Source: Proteobacteria bacterium UBA664 (GTDB lineage Bacteria > Pseudomonadota > Gammaproteobacteria > UBA7966). Taken from it: a stretch of 64,000 bases of DNA. The notes beneath the pieces were generated by a model, which saw nothing but the letters and a program-made list of their open reading frames with translations, searched no databases and was not told the origin of the DNA. The position numbers were made by a program, and so were the translations under genes. The stretch's first letter is position 1, and each line of letters starts with the position of its first letter. Shown piece by piece: positions 50,701-59,912 of this stretch. Location: contig DBNU01000061.1 of assembly GCA_002299125.1 (NCBI GenBank), positions 514 to 64,513 on the forward strand, given 5' to 3'.

Positions 50701-50778
50701 GAAGTTGCGCGAGAAGAACTCGCGCCCGTCTCCAGCGTCGTGAATGACGTCGGCCAGGTTCTCGATGCCCTGGCTCAT
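47713..50778 (-). CDS. DUF499 domain-containing AAA/P-loop ATPase (defence-island associated)
   Basis: It has a Walker A (MGGGKTHMMIALGLL) near the N-terminus and is about 1021 aa, consistent with DUF499. The start was set at the internal ATG (MSQGIENLADVIHD); the frame stays open upstream to 51207. Confidence 0.75.
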   Translation of the reverse strand: MSQGIENLADVIHDAGDGREFFSRNFVTHGMAQLFREGLLRLSGKSDQAVFELTQAMGGGKTHMMIALGLLARHPHLRQEVLPADLKDRIDFGQARIAAFNGRITPDNYIWGDIATQLGEPEAIKAYWVNGPKSVDQAKWKEIIGNKPTLILLDELPPYLDNASTQVFGQGTLANMVVFSLATLMSAALELPNCCIVVANLSGSYQAQTKALADAISNLQQETRRQAMTITPVQLAGNEIYEILKTRLIDMMPDDRVIADVAEEYAQQIKKAEDAGYIVAASIEQIAEQVRETYPFHPSFKHLVALFKENEGFRQTRGLMQFTARLLKSVALREDDDVHLIGTQHLALNDDQVRDEIERIAPKLLPAVTRDIADKGNAIAEIIDFELDTDASRQVMTLLLASSLSRAVGGRIGLSESEVIEFLAAPGRKPDEFLQALQRLREQAWYLHREDQRLFVKETENLSRQIERNAKEVPQPKIDQALINRLTGILQPDRRRAYQDVQVLPRLDEIRLSGPRTLIVIKPDGKVPPSELQNFFDYQQEKNNLLVLTGQDSHLAEAVEDRLRELYAIEQIHKRLKAGDTLFEEARDRLEEAEDRFAKALSAAYNRVYFPSTEPIDGRHFLANVTIDNGLKLGKGEQSAEAQIETLLASPRANYKLAANLTDSFGEYFAMAEEVLWPSGKDNRRTPWKDVVARAKSNPDWPWMPGSGGMDTLKAEALRQGRWRLGEDGYIEKGPFPKDKTTVNVSVVGSQPDTGATILSLTPRHAGESPVVVYATRPEGLVNGQSIDNLDSFTTTEGTLYFLARDTTGHYETGTPVRWTAELKIRHQVEPAADKRRVTLACTPKATLTYTLDGSNPRDGLPYEGPFEIGAAAARLLVYAHAGEANKTADFQIPASGDKTVQINDTKSVKLQPKRIGLDTTDRVFGVINRFRDQPGTLFKGVRIEIGEGEKTVTVRFQEREVTASVIEGVINSLRQLLAEDQAPVVVNISDGAHFDTGFAAKDFARLVGLELKPGDVVQEA

Positions 50779-51304
50779 CCGGTAGTCGTGGATGGCCGCG
50801 TTGAAGCGGCAGGCCTGCTTGACGGTCTTGATCACGCAGTGGCTCCCTTGGCCGCGCGTTTTTTGTTGGCGCAGGCACCGGTGGCGGTGCCCTTGACCCG
50901 GTAGTGCTTGCGGATCGGCAGAGCGTGGTCTCGTCCGGGCGCGTCGTCCAGTAGTTCGAGCCCCGCAAAGCGGCGCATTGGCTTCTCCTCGCAGGGTGAT
51001 CTTCCAGCGCCGGACCCGACAGCGCGCGCCACTATTGCAGGAAGCAGATCGTGGCAGGGTCGCGAGCGGATCAGTGGACGAACCGCGCGACCCGCCGCCG
51101 GGTAGTGCGGCCCGACGACCGTCGGCAGCGTTGCCCAGGGCACCACGGACTCCCTCTCCGCCAAGAATAACTCCCGGCGCGCCTGCCTCGTCTGCCCTCC
51201 CAAGCAATGCTGGCAGAGGTCATCCACTTCATCTTCATTGCCTCCACCACATCTTGGGCCACAGCGCCGCATACATCCAGATCACCGAGTTATTCTGCGG
51301 TTCC

Positions 51305-51907
51305 TTAGCCCGTGGTCGAGTCACCGGCTCGCCGCGCGGCCCGTGCTCGCGTGATCGCTGCCTGCACGCGCTCCCGCCGCTCGGCGGCATCGGCCGGCAC
51401 CTCTTCGAGCAGTGGTCCGGTGGTCTCCTCACGCGCACGGCGTGCATGCTGTGCCGCGTGGCGCAGACGCCAGCGGAGCACGAGCGCGGACTCCGGTTCC
51501 GCCGCCGGCTCCGGATGGATGCAGTCCACCGGGCAGGGCGGCAGGCACAACCCGCAACCGTTGCACTCCGCCGCGAGGATGTCGTGCATCTGGCGTGCGG
51601 CCCCGACGATGGCGTCCACGGGGCAGACGGCGAGGCACTTCGTGCAGCCGATGCAGGCCGTGGGGTCGATGCGGAAGCGACGCGGCCCGGCCCAGGCGGG
51701 GCCCGTCACGACCGGCGGACGTGGCAGGCCGGTGAGCGCGGCGAGGGCATCGAGCAGCGCGTCGCCCCCGGGCGGGCAACGGTCGATGCCGGCCTCGCCC
51801 CGGCTGATCGCCTCCGCGTAGGGCAAACAACCGGCGTGGCCGCAGGCCCGGCACTGCAACTGGGGCAGCAGGGCATCGATGGCAACGGCGAGCGCCTCGG
51901 TGGACAT
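51305..51907 (-). CDS. RnfB-like 4Fe-4S ferredoxin-type protein (Rnf/Rsx subunit B homologue lacking the N-terminal membrane anchor)
   Basis: LPQLQCRACGHAGCLPYAEAISRGEAGIDRCPPGG (the RnfB Cys-rich domain) is followed by two CxxCxxCxxxCP ferredoxin motifs. Confidence 0.7.
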   Translation of the reverse strand: MSTEALAVAIDALLPQLQCRACGHAGCLPYAEAISRGEAGIDRCPPGGDALLDALAALTGLPRPPVVTGPAWAGPRRFRIDPTACIGCTKCLAVCPVDAIVGAARQMHDILAAECNGCGLCLPPCPVDCIHPEPAAEPESALVLRWRLRHAAQHARRAREETTGPLLEEVPADAAERRERVQAAITRARAARRAGDSTTG

Positions 51908-51920
51908 GACCGCGCCGCGC

Positions 51921-54116
51921 CTACTTCACCCGCATGCCGGGCCGCGCGCCGGCGTCGGGTGCCAGCAGCAGCGGGCCACCTTGTGCATCACTCGCGGCGA
52001 GCACCATGCCTTCGGAGACTCCGAAGCGCATCTTGCGCGGTTCGAGGTTGGCCACCACCAGCACCAGCCGACCGACGAGGGACTCGGGGGCGTAGGCCGA
52101 GCGGATCCCGGCGAAGACGTTGCGCTCACCCAGTTCGCCCACGTCGAGCCGGAGCCGGAGCAGGCGATCGGCCCCCTCGACGCACTCGGCCGCGAGGATG
52201 CGTGCGATGCGCAGATCGATGGCGGCGAACTGCTCGATGCCGACCTGCGCCCCGGCCGCCTGCCCCGCCCCTGCATTCGCTTGTTCGGCGACCGGCACGG
52301 ATGCGGATGCCGCCGGCGCGACAGCAGCGTCCGCCGCAACCACCGGCCCTGACTCGGTCGCCGTCAGGTGCTGACGGTTCGCCTCAACCAGCGCATCGAG
52401 CCGTGCACGCTCGAGCCGCTGCATGAGGTGCCGGTAGGGTTCGACGCGCCCGGGCACCAGAGCGGCATCCGCCCAGAGGAAGTCGCGATCCATGCCAAAG
52501 AGTTCGCGTGCGACGCGCCGGGCCAGCTGCGGCAGGATGGGTGCGAGACACACGGCGAGCAGATGGAAGCCGGCGAGTGCCACGCTGCAGACGTGCTGGA
52601 GTTCAGCGACGCGCCCCGTGTCCTTCGCCAGCAGCCAGGGCTTGCGGGCGTCGAAGTACTCGTTCACCTCGTCGGCCACGCGCATGATCTCGCGCACGGC
52701 CTGGGAGTATTCGCGGGCCTCGAACAGGACACCGATGCGGCGGGCGATCTCGCGGCGGGCTGCAACCTGGGCGAAGGGCGGCAGGGGCTCATCCGGATGC
52801 AGCACCAGCACCCCCGCACAGAGGCGGGTGACGAAGCCCGCGGCGCGCGAGGCGATGTTGACGAACTTGCCCACCAGATCGGCATTCACCCGTTGGGCGA
52901 AGTCATCGAGCGAGAGATCGATGTCCTCGGCCGTGGCGTTCAGCTTGGCGCAGTAGTAGTAACGCAACTGCTCCGGATCGAGGCCGCACTCCAGATAGGA
53001 GGCGGCGGTGATGAAGGTGCCGCGCGATTTGGACATCTTCGCGCCGTTCACGGTCAGGAACCCATGCACGTTGACGGCGCTGGGTGTGCGCAATCCGGCG
53101 TGTTGCAGCATGGCCGGCCAGAACAGCGCGTGAAAATACAGGATGTCCTTGCCGATGAAATGCACCATCTCCGTGACCGATGCCGCCGCTGGATCGCGGG
53201 CGCGCGCGGCGATCTGGGCCGCGACGGCCTCGGCATCCAGCCAGGCGTCGAGATCGATGTCGCCACGACGGGCCGCATGCGCCGCAAAGGAGCCGAGATA
53301 GCCGACCGGCGCATCCAGCCAGACGTAGAAGAACTTGCCCGGCGCATCCGGGATGCCGAAGCCGAAATAGGGCGCATCGCGCGAGATGTCCCAGTCCTGC
53401 AGGCCGCTGGTGAGCCACTCGGCGAGCTTGTTGCGGGACTCGTCCTGCAGGACCCCGGGCCGCGCCAGCCATTCACGCAGGAAGGCCTCACAGGCCGAAA
53501 GCCGGAAGAAGTGGTGCTCGGAGGCGCGCAGCTCCGGCCGCGCCCCCGAGACTACGGAACGTGGCTCCAGCAGATCGGTGGGGCGATAGGTAGCGCCACA
53601 CTTCTCGCAGGCATCACCGTACTGATCCGCTGCGCCGCAACGCGGGCAGTTTCCCTTGACGAAACGATCGGGCAGGAACATGCCCCGCTCGGGGTCGTAG
53701 AGCTGCTCGATGGTGCGCCTGGCGATCATCCCGGCCGCGACCAGCCGCTGGTGGATCGCGTGGACGTAGTGGCGCGTCTCCTCGCTGTGCGTGGAGTGAT
53801 AGTGGTCGAAGCCAATCATGAAGCCGGCCAGTTCGCCGGCCGCGAGTGCCGCCTGGCCGCCGAAGAAATCGCGCTCGTGCTCGAGACGCACCCGGGCGAT
53901 GAGCGCCTCGGGCGAGCAACCCTCGCGATCCGCCCGCAACATGATGGGCGTGCCATGGGCATCGTCCGCCCCCACGTAATGCACCTCGTGGCCGCACATG
54001 CGCAGATAGCGCACCCAGACATCCGTCTGGATGTACTCGAGGAGATGGCCGATGTGGATGGGCCCGTTGGCGTAGGGCAGTGCGCTGGTGACCAGCAGTC
54101 GTCGATGATCGCTCAT
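51921..54116 (-). CDS. metG: methionine--tRNA ligase (with C-terminal tRNA-binding/EMAP-like domain)
   Basis: [18 protein letters not shown] (HIGH motif) and KMSKS are present, and the C-terminal end has the ...[13 protein letters not shown] tRNA-binding domain. The start is at the internal ATG ([11 protein letters not shown]). Confidence 0.9.
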   Translation of the reverse strand: MSDHRRLLVTSALPYANGPIHIGHLLEYIQTDVWVRYLRMCGHEVHYVGADDAHGTPIMLRADREGCSPEALIARVRLEHERDFFGGQAALAAGELAGFMIGFDHYHSTHSEETRHYVHAIHQRLVAAGMIARRTIEQLYDPERGMFLPDRFVKGNCPRCGAADQYGDACEKCGATYRPTDLLEPRSVVSGARPELRASEHHFFRLSACEAFLREWLARPGVLQDESRNKLAEWLTSGLQDWDISRDAPYFGFGIPDAPGKFFYVWLDAPVGYLGSFAAHAARRGDIDLDAWLDAEAVAAQIAARARDPAAASVTEMVHFIGKDILYFHALFWPAMLQHAGLRTPSAVNVHGFLTVNGAKMSKSRGTFITAASYLECGLDPEQLRYYYCAKLNATAEDIDLSLDDFAQRVNADLVGKFVNIASRAAGFVTRLCAGVLVLHPDEPLPPFAQVAARREIARRIGVLFEAREYSQAVREIMRVADEVNEYFDARKPWLLAKDTGRVAELQHVCSVALAGFHLLAVCLAPILPQLARRVARELFGMDRDFLWADAALVPGRVEPYRHLMQRLERARLDALVEANRQHLTATESGPVVAADAAVAPAASASVPVAEQANAGAGQAAGAQVGIEQFAAIDLRIARILAAECVEGADRLLRLRLDVGELGERNVFAGIRSAYAPESLVGRLVLVVANLEPRKMRFGVSEGMVLAASDAQGGPLLLAPDAGARPGMRVK

Positions 54117-54343
54117 GCAGGGGGTCTCGATCCGGTGCCCGGGCGACTCACCAGCCGCGGCGCCACAGGCTAGCAGCACTGGCCCCAGCTTGCCGCAGGC
54201 GCGGGCCGCACCACGTCCCGGCAAGCGATCCGCCGCCCGACCCTGCTTCAGCTAAACTCCGCGGCCCATCGGCGGCACGCGGATTACTCCAGAAGGCGTC
54301 CCACCCCGCCGCCGGTGCCCCCTCAAGCCCATCAGGCAGGCCC

Positions 54344-55432
54344 ATGACCTTCAACGATTCTCCACTCGCGGCTGCCATCGCGGCCTGTCACGACCCCTGG
54401 CTCGACACCACGCTCGGCGCGGCGAAGGCCGTGCGCGAGGCGGCGCTGGTGGACGGCCTGGCGCGGGTGGTCGTCGAACTCGGCTTTCCCGCCGCCGGCT
54501 ATGCGTCCGAGCTGGCCGCCCGGCTCGAGGCCGTGGCGCGTGCCGTGCCCGGGGTCAGCCGGGTGCAGGTCGAGGTGCGCTGGCAGGTGCTGGCGCATGC
54601 CGTGCAGCAGGGTGTGAAGCCCCTGCCCGAGGTGAAGAACCTCATCGCCGTGGCCTCCGGCAAGGGCGGGGTGGGCAAGTCCACGGTGGCGGCGAATCTC
54701 GCCCTCGCCCTCGCCCACGAAGGCGCGAACGTGGGTGTGCTCGACGCCGACATCTACGGCCCGAGTCAGCCACGCATGCTCGGTTGCCCGGGCCGCCCCG
54801 AACTGGGTGCGGACAACAAGATCGAACCGCAGCGCGCACACGGGTTGCAGGTGATGTCCATCGGCAATCTGGTCGAGGAAGACAAGCCGATGATCTGGCG
54901 CGGCCCGATGGTCACCAGCGCCCTGCAGCAACTGCTCGGTGAGACGCGCTGGCAGGGCCTCGACTACCTCATCGTCGATCTGCCACCCGGCACCGGCGAC
55001 ATCCATCTCACGCTCGCCCAGAAGGTGCCGGTGGCCGGTGCCGTGATCGTCACCACACCGCAGGACATCGCGTTCCTCGATGCCCGCAAGGGCTTGCGGA
55101 TGTTCGAACAGGTGGGCGTGCCGGTGCTCGGTGTGGTCGAGAACATGTCCACCCATGTGTGCAGCCACTGCGGACACGAGGAGGCCGTGTTCGGCACCGG
55201 TGGCGGTGAGCGCCTGGCGCAGGAGACGGGCGTGCCGCTGCTCGGTCAGATCCCGCTCGAGGCCGCCATCCGCGACGACGCCGACAGCGGCCGCCCGAGT
55301 GTCGTGGCCGCACCCGACTCCGCAACCGCGCGCCGCTTCATCGAGATCGCCCGCCGCGCCAGCGCGCGTCTCGCCCTGCGCGGCCGCGACTACTCCAGCC
55401 GCTTCCCCAACATCGTGGTCCAGGGCACATGA
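54344..55432 (+). CDS. apbC: iron-sulfur cluster carrier ATPase ApbC/Mrp
   Basis: The deviant Walker A is [16 protein letters not shown], with a CxxC-type motif (CSHCGHE). It is divergent from metG, as in E. coli. Confidence 0.9.
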   Translation: MTFNDSPLAAAIAACHDPWLDTTLGAAKAVREAALVDGLARVVVELGFPAAGYASELAARLEAVARAVPGVSRVQVEVRWQVLAHAVQQGVKPLPEVKNLIAVASGKGGVGKSTVAANLALALAHEGANVGVLDADIYGPSQPRMLGCPGRPELGADNKIEPQRAHGLQVMSIGNLVEEDKPMIWRGPMVTSALQQLLGETRWQGLDYLIVDLPPGTGDIHLTLAQKVPVAGAVIVTTPQDIAFLDARKGLRMFEQVGVPVLGVVENMSTHVCSHCGHEEAVFGTGGGERLAQETGVPLLGQIPLEAAIRDDADSGRPSVVAAPDSATARRFIEIARRASARLALRGRDYSSRFPNIVVQGT

Positions 55433-55995
55433 GCGTCAAATCCGATCGATGGATCCGTCGCATGGCGATGGAGCACGGCATGATCGAACCCTTCGTGGAT
55501 GGCCAGGTGCGCACGCACGCCGGCCAGCGGGTGATCTCCTACGGCACGTCGAGCTACGGCTACGACGTGCGCTGCGCGAATGAATTCAAGATCTTCACCA
55601 ACATCAACTCGGCGATCGTCGACCCGAAGGACTTCGACGCCAACAGCTTCGTGGACATCACGGCGGATGTCTGCATCATCCCGCCCAATTCCTTCGCCCT
55701 CGCCCGCACGGTGGAGTACCTGCGCATTCCGCGCCGGGTCCTGACCATCTGCCTCGGCAAATCCACTTACGCCCGCTGCGGGATCATCGTCAATGTCACG
55801 CCGCTCGAGCCCGAATGGGAAGGTCACGTGACCCTCGAGTTCTCGAACACCACACCGCTGCCGGCGCGCGTGTACGCGAACGAAGGCGTGGCGCAGATCG
55901 TGTTCCTGGAATCGGACGAGGACTGCCTCGTCTCCTACCGTGATCGCGGCGGCAAATATCAGCGCCAGACCGGTGTGACCCTGCCACGCGCCTGA
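55429..55995 (+). CDS. dcd: dCTP deaminase
   Basis: [13 protein letters not shown]...FEPFV... matches the Dcd family over 188 aa. It overlaps apbC by 4 nt. Confidence 0.9.
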   Translation: MSVKSDRWIRRMAMEHGMIEPFVDGQVRTHAGQRVISYGTSSYGYDVRCANEFKIFTNINSAIVDPKDFDANSFVDITADVCIIPPNSFALARTVEYLRIPRRVLTICLGKSTYARCGIIVNVTPLEPEWEGHVTLEFSNTTPLPARVYANEGVAQIVFLESDEDCLVSYRDRGGKYQRQTGVTLPRA

Positions 55996-56026
55996 GATGC
56001 GCCACGGCGACCCTGAACCCGCCGGC

Positions 56027-57442
56027 ATGAGCGCGGAAGGCCTGCACTACCTGCCCATCTTCCTGGCCGTGACCGGGCGACGCTGCGTGATCATCGGTGG
56101 CGGCGAGGTCGCCCTGCGCAAGGCGGAGCGTTGTCTGCGTTGCAACGCGCGGGTGGAGGTGATCGCGCCCGCGCTGTGCACGCCGCTGGCCCGGCTGGCG
56201 CAGGCGGGGCGAATCCAGCACTGGGCGCGACCTTACACACCGGGCGATCTGGCGGGTGCGGTCGTGGTCTACGCGGCCACCGACCAGCACGCGGTGAACG
56301 TGGCGGTCGCAGCGGAGGCCGCTGAGCGCGGCATCCCGGTCAACGTGGTCGACACGCCGGATCTCTGCAGCTTCATCTCGCCCTCGATCATCGAACGACC
56401 ACCGCTGCAGGTGGCCATCTCCAGCAGCGGCGCATCGCCGGTGCTGGCGCGCCTGCTGCGGGCGCGGCTGGAGAGCTTCATCCCCGCTGCCTACGGCGAG
56501 CTCGCCACCCTCATGCGCCGGGCACGCGCGGCCGTGGCCCAGCGCTTCCCCGACGGGCGCCTCAGGCGGCGCTTCTGGGAGCGGATCCTGCTCGGACCCG
56601 TGGCCGAGCTGATGTTCGGTGGCCGGGCGCGGGAGGCCGAGGCGCGACTACTGGCGGAGATCGACGCCGGGCTACCGTCGACAGCGGCTCAGGGCGAGGT
56701 CTGGCTGGTCGGTGCCGGACCGGGTGATCCGGATCTGCTCACCTTCCGCGCACTGCGTTTGATGCAACAGGCAGATGTCGTCGTTCACGACCGGCTGGTG
56801 GCCCCTGCCCTGCTCGACCTCGTGCGCCGGGACGCGGAACGCATCTACGTGGGCAAGGAGCGCGACCAGCACACCGTGCCGCAGGAGGACATCAACGCCC
56901 TGCTGGTCGCCCGGGCGCGGGCCGGCCAGCGCGTGCTAAGGCTCAAGGGCGGCGACCCCTTCATCTTCGGTCGCGGTGGCGAGGAGATCGCCACGCTCCG
57001 GGCCGAAGGGATCCCCTTCCAGGTGGTGCCCGGCATCACTGCGGCCAGTGGCTGCTCAGCCTACGCCGGCATTCCGCTCACCCATCGCGATCACGCCCAG
57101 GCCGTGGTGCTCGTGACCGGTCACATGAAGGACGGCCAGCTCGCGCTCGACTGGCGCGCGCTGGCGAGCTCGCGCACCACGCGCGTGTTCTACATGGGCG
57201 TGCAGGCGGTGCCGGTCATCAGCCGGGAACTCATCGCGGCCGGCCTCGCGGGCACCACCCCCGCCGCCATCGTGGAACAGGGTACCCAGGCGAGCCAGCG
57301 GGTCATCGTGAGCACCCTGGCGGGGCTGCCCGCAGCGGTGGCGGACGCCGGCATCCGCCCGCCCAGCCTGCTCATCGTGGGCGAGGTGGTCGCGCTGCAC
57401 GAGGCCCTGGCATGGTTCGAGCCTCGAACGGCGAGTGAGTGA
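56027..57442 (+). CDS. cysG: siroheme synthase (uroporphyrinogen-III C-methyltransferase / precorrin-2 dehydrogenase / sirohydrochlorin ferrochelatase)
   Basis: LPIFLAVTGRRCVIIGGGEVALRKA aligns with the CysG N-terminus, and VWLVGAGPGDPDLLT is the methyltransferase motif. The start was set at MSAEGLHYLP; the ORF begins at 55997. Confidence 0.85.
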   Translation: MSAEGLHYLPIFLAVTGRRCVIIGGGEVALRKAERCLRCNARVEVIAPALCTPLARLAQAGRIQHWARPYTPGDLAGAVVVYAATDQHAVNVAVAAEAAERGIPVNVVDTPDLCSFISPSIIERPPLQVAISSSGASPVLARLLRARLESFIPAAYGELATLMRRARAAVAQRFPDGRLRRRFWERILLGPVAELMFGGRAREAEARLLAEIDAGLPSTAAQGEVWLVGAGPGDPDLLTFRALRLMQQADVVVHDRLVAPALLDLVRRDAERIYVGKERDQHTVPQEDINALLVARARAGQRVLRLKGGDPFIFGRGGEEIATLRAEGIPFQVVPGITAASGCSAYAGIPLTHRDHAQAVVLVTGHMKDGQLALDWRALASSRTTRVFYMGVQAVPVISRELIAAGLAGTTPAAIVEQGTQASQRVIVSTLAGLPAAVADAGIRPPSLLIVGEVVALHEALAWFEPRTASE

Positions 57443-57490
57443 AAACAACTCCGCCGCACGGCCCCTGATGCATGCCACAGCGGGCGGACT

Positions 57491-57928
57491 TCAGCGGGTA
57501 GCGGGGCCATCCTTTGCGATGGCTGCAGCCGCCAACGATTTGCCCTTCACCGCGGCGAGGAAGTCGAGTGCGAGTGAATTGATGCAATAACGCAAACCCG
57601 TGGGCTGCGGCCCATCCGGAAACACATGCCCCAGATGGGCATCACAGGCGGCGCAGCGCACCTCGGTGCGCACCATCCCGTGCGAGGTGTCCCGGAGCTC
57701 GCGCAGACAACTATCCGCGAGTGCGCGCCAGAAGCTCGGCCAGCCGCAGCCGGAATCGAACTTGGCGGAGGAGTCGAACAGGGCCGCGCCACAACCCACA
57801 CAGGCGTAGACACCTTCCCCTTTCTGGTGCAACCAGCGCCCGGTGAAGGGCGGCTCCGTGCCCTGAAGTCGGCAGATGAAATCCTGCTCGGGTGTGAGAT
57901 CCTGACGCCCGCGATAGTCCGTTGCCAT
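57491..57928 (-). CDS. msrB: peptide-methionine (R)-S-oxide reductase
   Basis: It has the CxxC...CxxC zinc motif (CVGCGAALF...[12 protein letters not shown]) and the catalytic RYCINS. The start was set at [12 protein letters not shown]. Confidence 0.85.
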   Translation of the reverse strand: MATDYRGRQDLTPEQDFICRLQGTEPPFTGRWLHQKGEGVYACVGCGAALFDSSAKFDSGCGWPSFWRALADSCLRELRDTSHGMVRTEVRCAACDAHLGHVFPDGPQPTGLRYCINSLALDFLAAVKGKSLAAAAIAKDGPATR

Positions 57929-58207
57929 CGTTGTCCTCCCTTGCCGGTCCGGTCGGCGGTCGGTTCGCCGGATTCTTTTTGCCCGCTGCCATAGTGTCGT
58001 CGACCGACGCACACCGTGCATTGCCCCCGCCGCTCACGCCGACCTCTCCCACCGACGTGTCGCGGTGTGTTGGTCAAGCCCGGGGCTCTGGCGGCCGTTA
58101 CTTGCGTGGTCACGGTCTCATTCAGGGTCTAGGCTGGTACGTTGACCCCTACACTGGTCCTGGCGTGGAGCCGCCCTCGGCCCCCGCAGTCATGGAGTCT
58201 CGCCGCT

Positions 58208-58942
58208 GTGCGCATAGCCATCCTTGAAGACGACGCCGATCAGGCCAGGCTCGTGAGTGCCCTGCTCACGAATGCCGGCTACCACTGCTCGGTTTTTGAT
58301 TCCGGGCATAGCTGCATCCAGCACATCAAGCGTGACAGCTTCGATATCCTCATTCTCGACTGGCTGGTCGCGGACCTCTCCGGCCTCGAAGTCCTGCGCT
58401 GGACCCGTCAGCATCTGGACTGGCAGATCCCGGTGCTCTTTCTGACGGCCATGGAACACGAAGAGGACGTGGTCCGCGCCCTGCAGGATGGCGCAGACGA
58501 CTACCTCGTGAAACCAGCGCGCCCACGTGAACTGGTGGCACGGGTAAGTGCGCTGGCCCGGCGCGTCGCATCGCCCGAGTCCTCACGCGAGTTGATGAGC
58601 TTCCCGCCCTTCACGATTGATCGCGCCGTGCGTCAGGTGCGCCGCGAGGGCCAGACCATCGATCTCACGCAGAAGGAGTACGAACTCGTCCTGTTCCTTT
58701 TTCGTAACCACGGGCGGGTTCTTTCCCGGGGCCATATCCTCGAGAGCGTCTGGGGCCGCAGCCCCACCATCAACACCCGCACGGTCGATACCCACGTGAG
58801 CCGTCTGCGCACAAAGATGGGCCTCGAAGCCGCGAATGGCTGGCGTCTCACCTCGATCTACCAGCACGGCTACCGGCTTGAACGTGTCGAGGGGGGCATG
58901 GGAGCAGGTGAGGCGGCACCGGTGGCCCAGCTCGCCCACTGA
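58208..58942 (+). CDS. OmpR-family two-component response regulator (orphan)
   Basis: The receiver is VRIAILEDDADQ...ILDWLV with the phospho-acceptor Asp in ILILD. The C-terminal winged helix is RVLSRGHILESVWG...VDTHVSRLRTK. GTG start with GGAG 12 nt upstream. Confidence 0.75.
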   Translation: MRIAILEDDADQARLVSALLTNAGYHCSVFDSGHSCIQHIKRDSFDILILDWLVADLSGLEVLRWTRQHLDWQIPVLFLTAMEHEEDVVRALQDGADDYLVKPARPRELVARVSALARRVASPESSRELMSFPPFTIDRAVRQVRREGQTIDLTQKEYELVLFLFRNHGRVLSRGHILESVWGRSPTINTRTVDTHVSRLRTKMGLEAANGWRLTSIYQHGYRLERVEGGMGAGEAAPVAQLAH

Positions 58943-58991
58943 CAACGGCGATCCGCCCGATGGTCTCCGGTGCGGGTAGAATCACGGTCGC

Positions 58992-59912
58992 ATGGACAAG
59001 CTAAGCACCATTCGCACCTTCGTGCGCGTGACCCAGGTGGGCAGCCTCGCCGGTGCCGGCGAGGAACTCGGCCTGTCCCGCTCGGCGGTCACCAAGCAGA
59101 TCATGTGGCTCGAAGACCAACTCGGCGTGCGGCTGCTCAATCGCACGACCCGGTCCCTGAGCCTCACCGAAGCCGGTGTGATCTACCGCGACCGCTGCGT
59201 GCAGATCCTCGACGACCTCGAGGATGCCGAGGCTGAACTCGCCGAGGGCAGCACGGCAGTGAAGGGGACGCTGCAGATCCACGCGCCGCCTGCCTTCGGC
59301 ATGCTGCACATCGCGCCCATGCTCGCCCACTTCCTCGAGGCGCACCCGGGGCTCGTCGGGCGGCTGGCGCTCTCGGACCGCCAGCCCGATCTGGCCGAGG
59401 AAGGCATCGATGTCGCCATCCGGCTCGGCAACCTGCCCGATTCCTCGCTGGTCGCGCACCACATCGCCACCACGAGTCTCGTCATCTGCGCCGCACCGCG
59501 TTACCTCGATGCCCATGGCGCACCGGACCACCCCACCGCGCTCGCCGCCCACAACTGCCTGACCTGGCGCCACGGGCCCCTGGAGCGGCAAGCATGGACC
59601 TTCGACGCCGGCGGCTCAGAGCTCGAGATCACGGTACGCGGGACGCTGGAATCCAACATCGCCGATGTCCTGCGGATGGCGGCGCTGGAGGGGCTGGGAC
59701 TGGTCATCCTGCCGGTGTACATGGTCTTCGATGACCTCGCAGCCGGACGACTGCGCCCGGTGCTCGAGGCCTACCCGCCACCGGACATGCCCATCCACGC
59801 CGTGTACCTCAACCGGCGCCATCTGCCGGGCAAGGTGCGTCTGTTCGTGGAAGATCTCAAACGCCGCTTCAGCGGGCGCACGGACTGGTCGCGGCAGCAG
59901 GCGGATGCCTAG
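58992..59912 (+). CDS. LysR family transcriptional regulator
   Basis: The N-terminal HTH is LSTIRTFVRVTQVGSLAGAGEELGLSRSAVTKQIMWLEDQLGVRLL, followed by a LysR substrate-binding domain. Confidence 0.85.
   Translation: MDKLSTIRTFVRVTQVGSLAGAGEELGLSRSAVTKQIMWLEDQLGVRLLNRTTRSLSLTEAGVIYRDRCVQILDDLEDAEAELAEGSTAVKGTLQIHAPPAFGMLHIAPMLAHFLEAHPGLVGRLALSDRQPDLAEEGIDVAIRLGNLPDSSLVAHHIATTSLVICAAPRYLDAHGAPDHPTALAAHNCLTWRHGPLERQAWTFDAGGSELEITVRGTLESNIADVLRMAALEGLGLVILPVYMVFDDLAAGRLRPVLEAYPPPDMPIHAVYLNRRHLPGKVRLFVEDLKRRFSGRTDWSRQQADA

Noticed and set aside
50832-51272. 146 aa minus-strand ORF upstream of the DUF499 gene
   Set aside because: There is no recognisable domain and it overlaps the possible DUF499 N-terminal extension. 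It is kept only as part of the unresolved-region finding.
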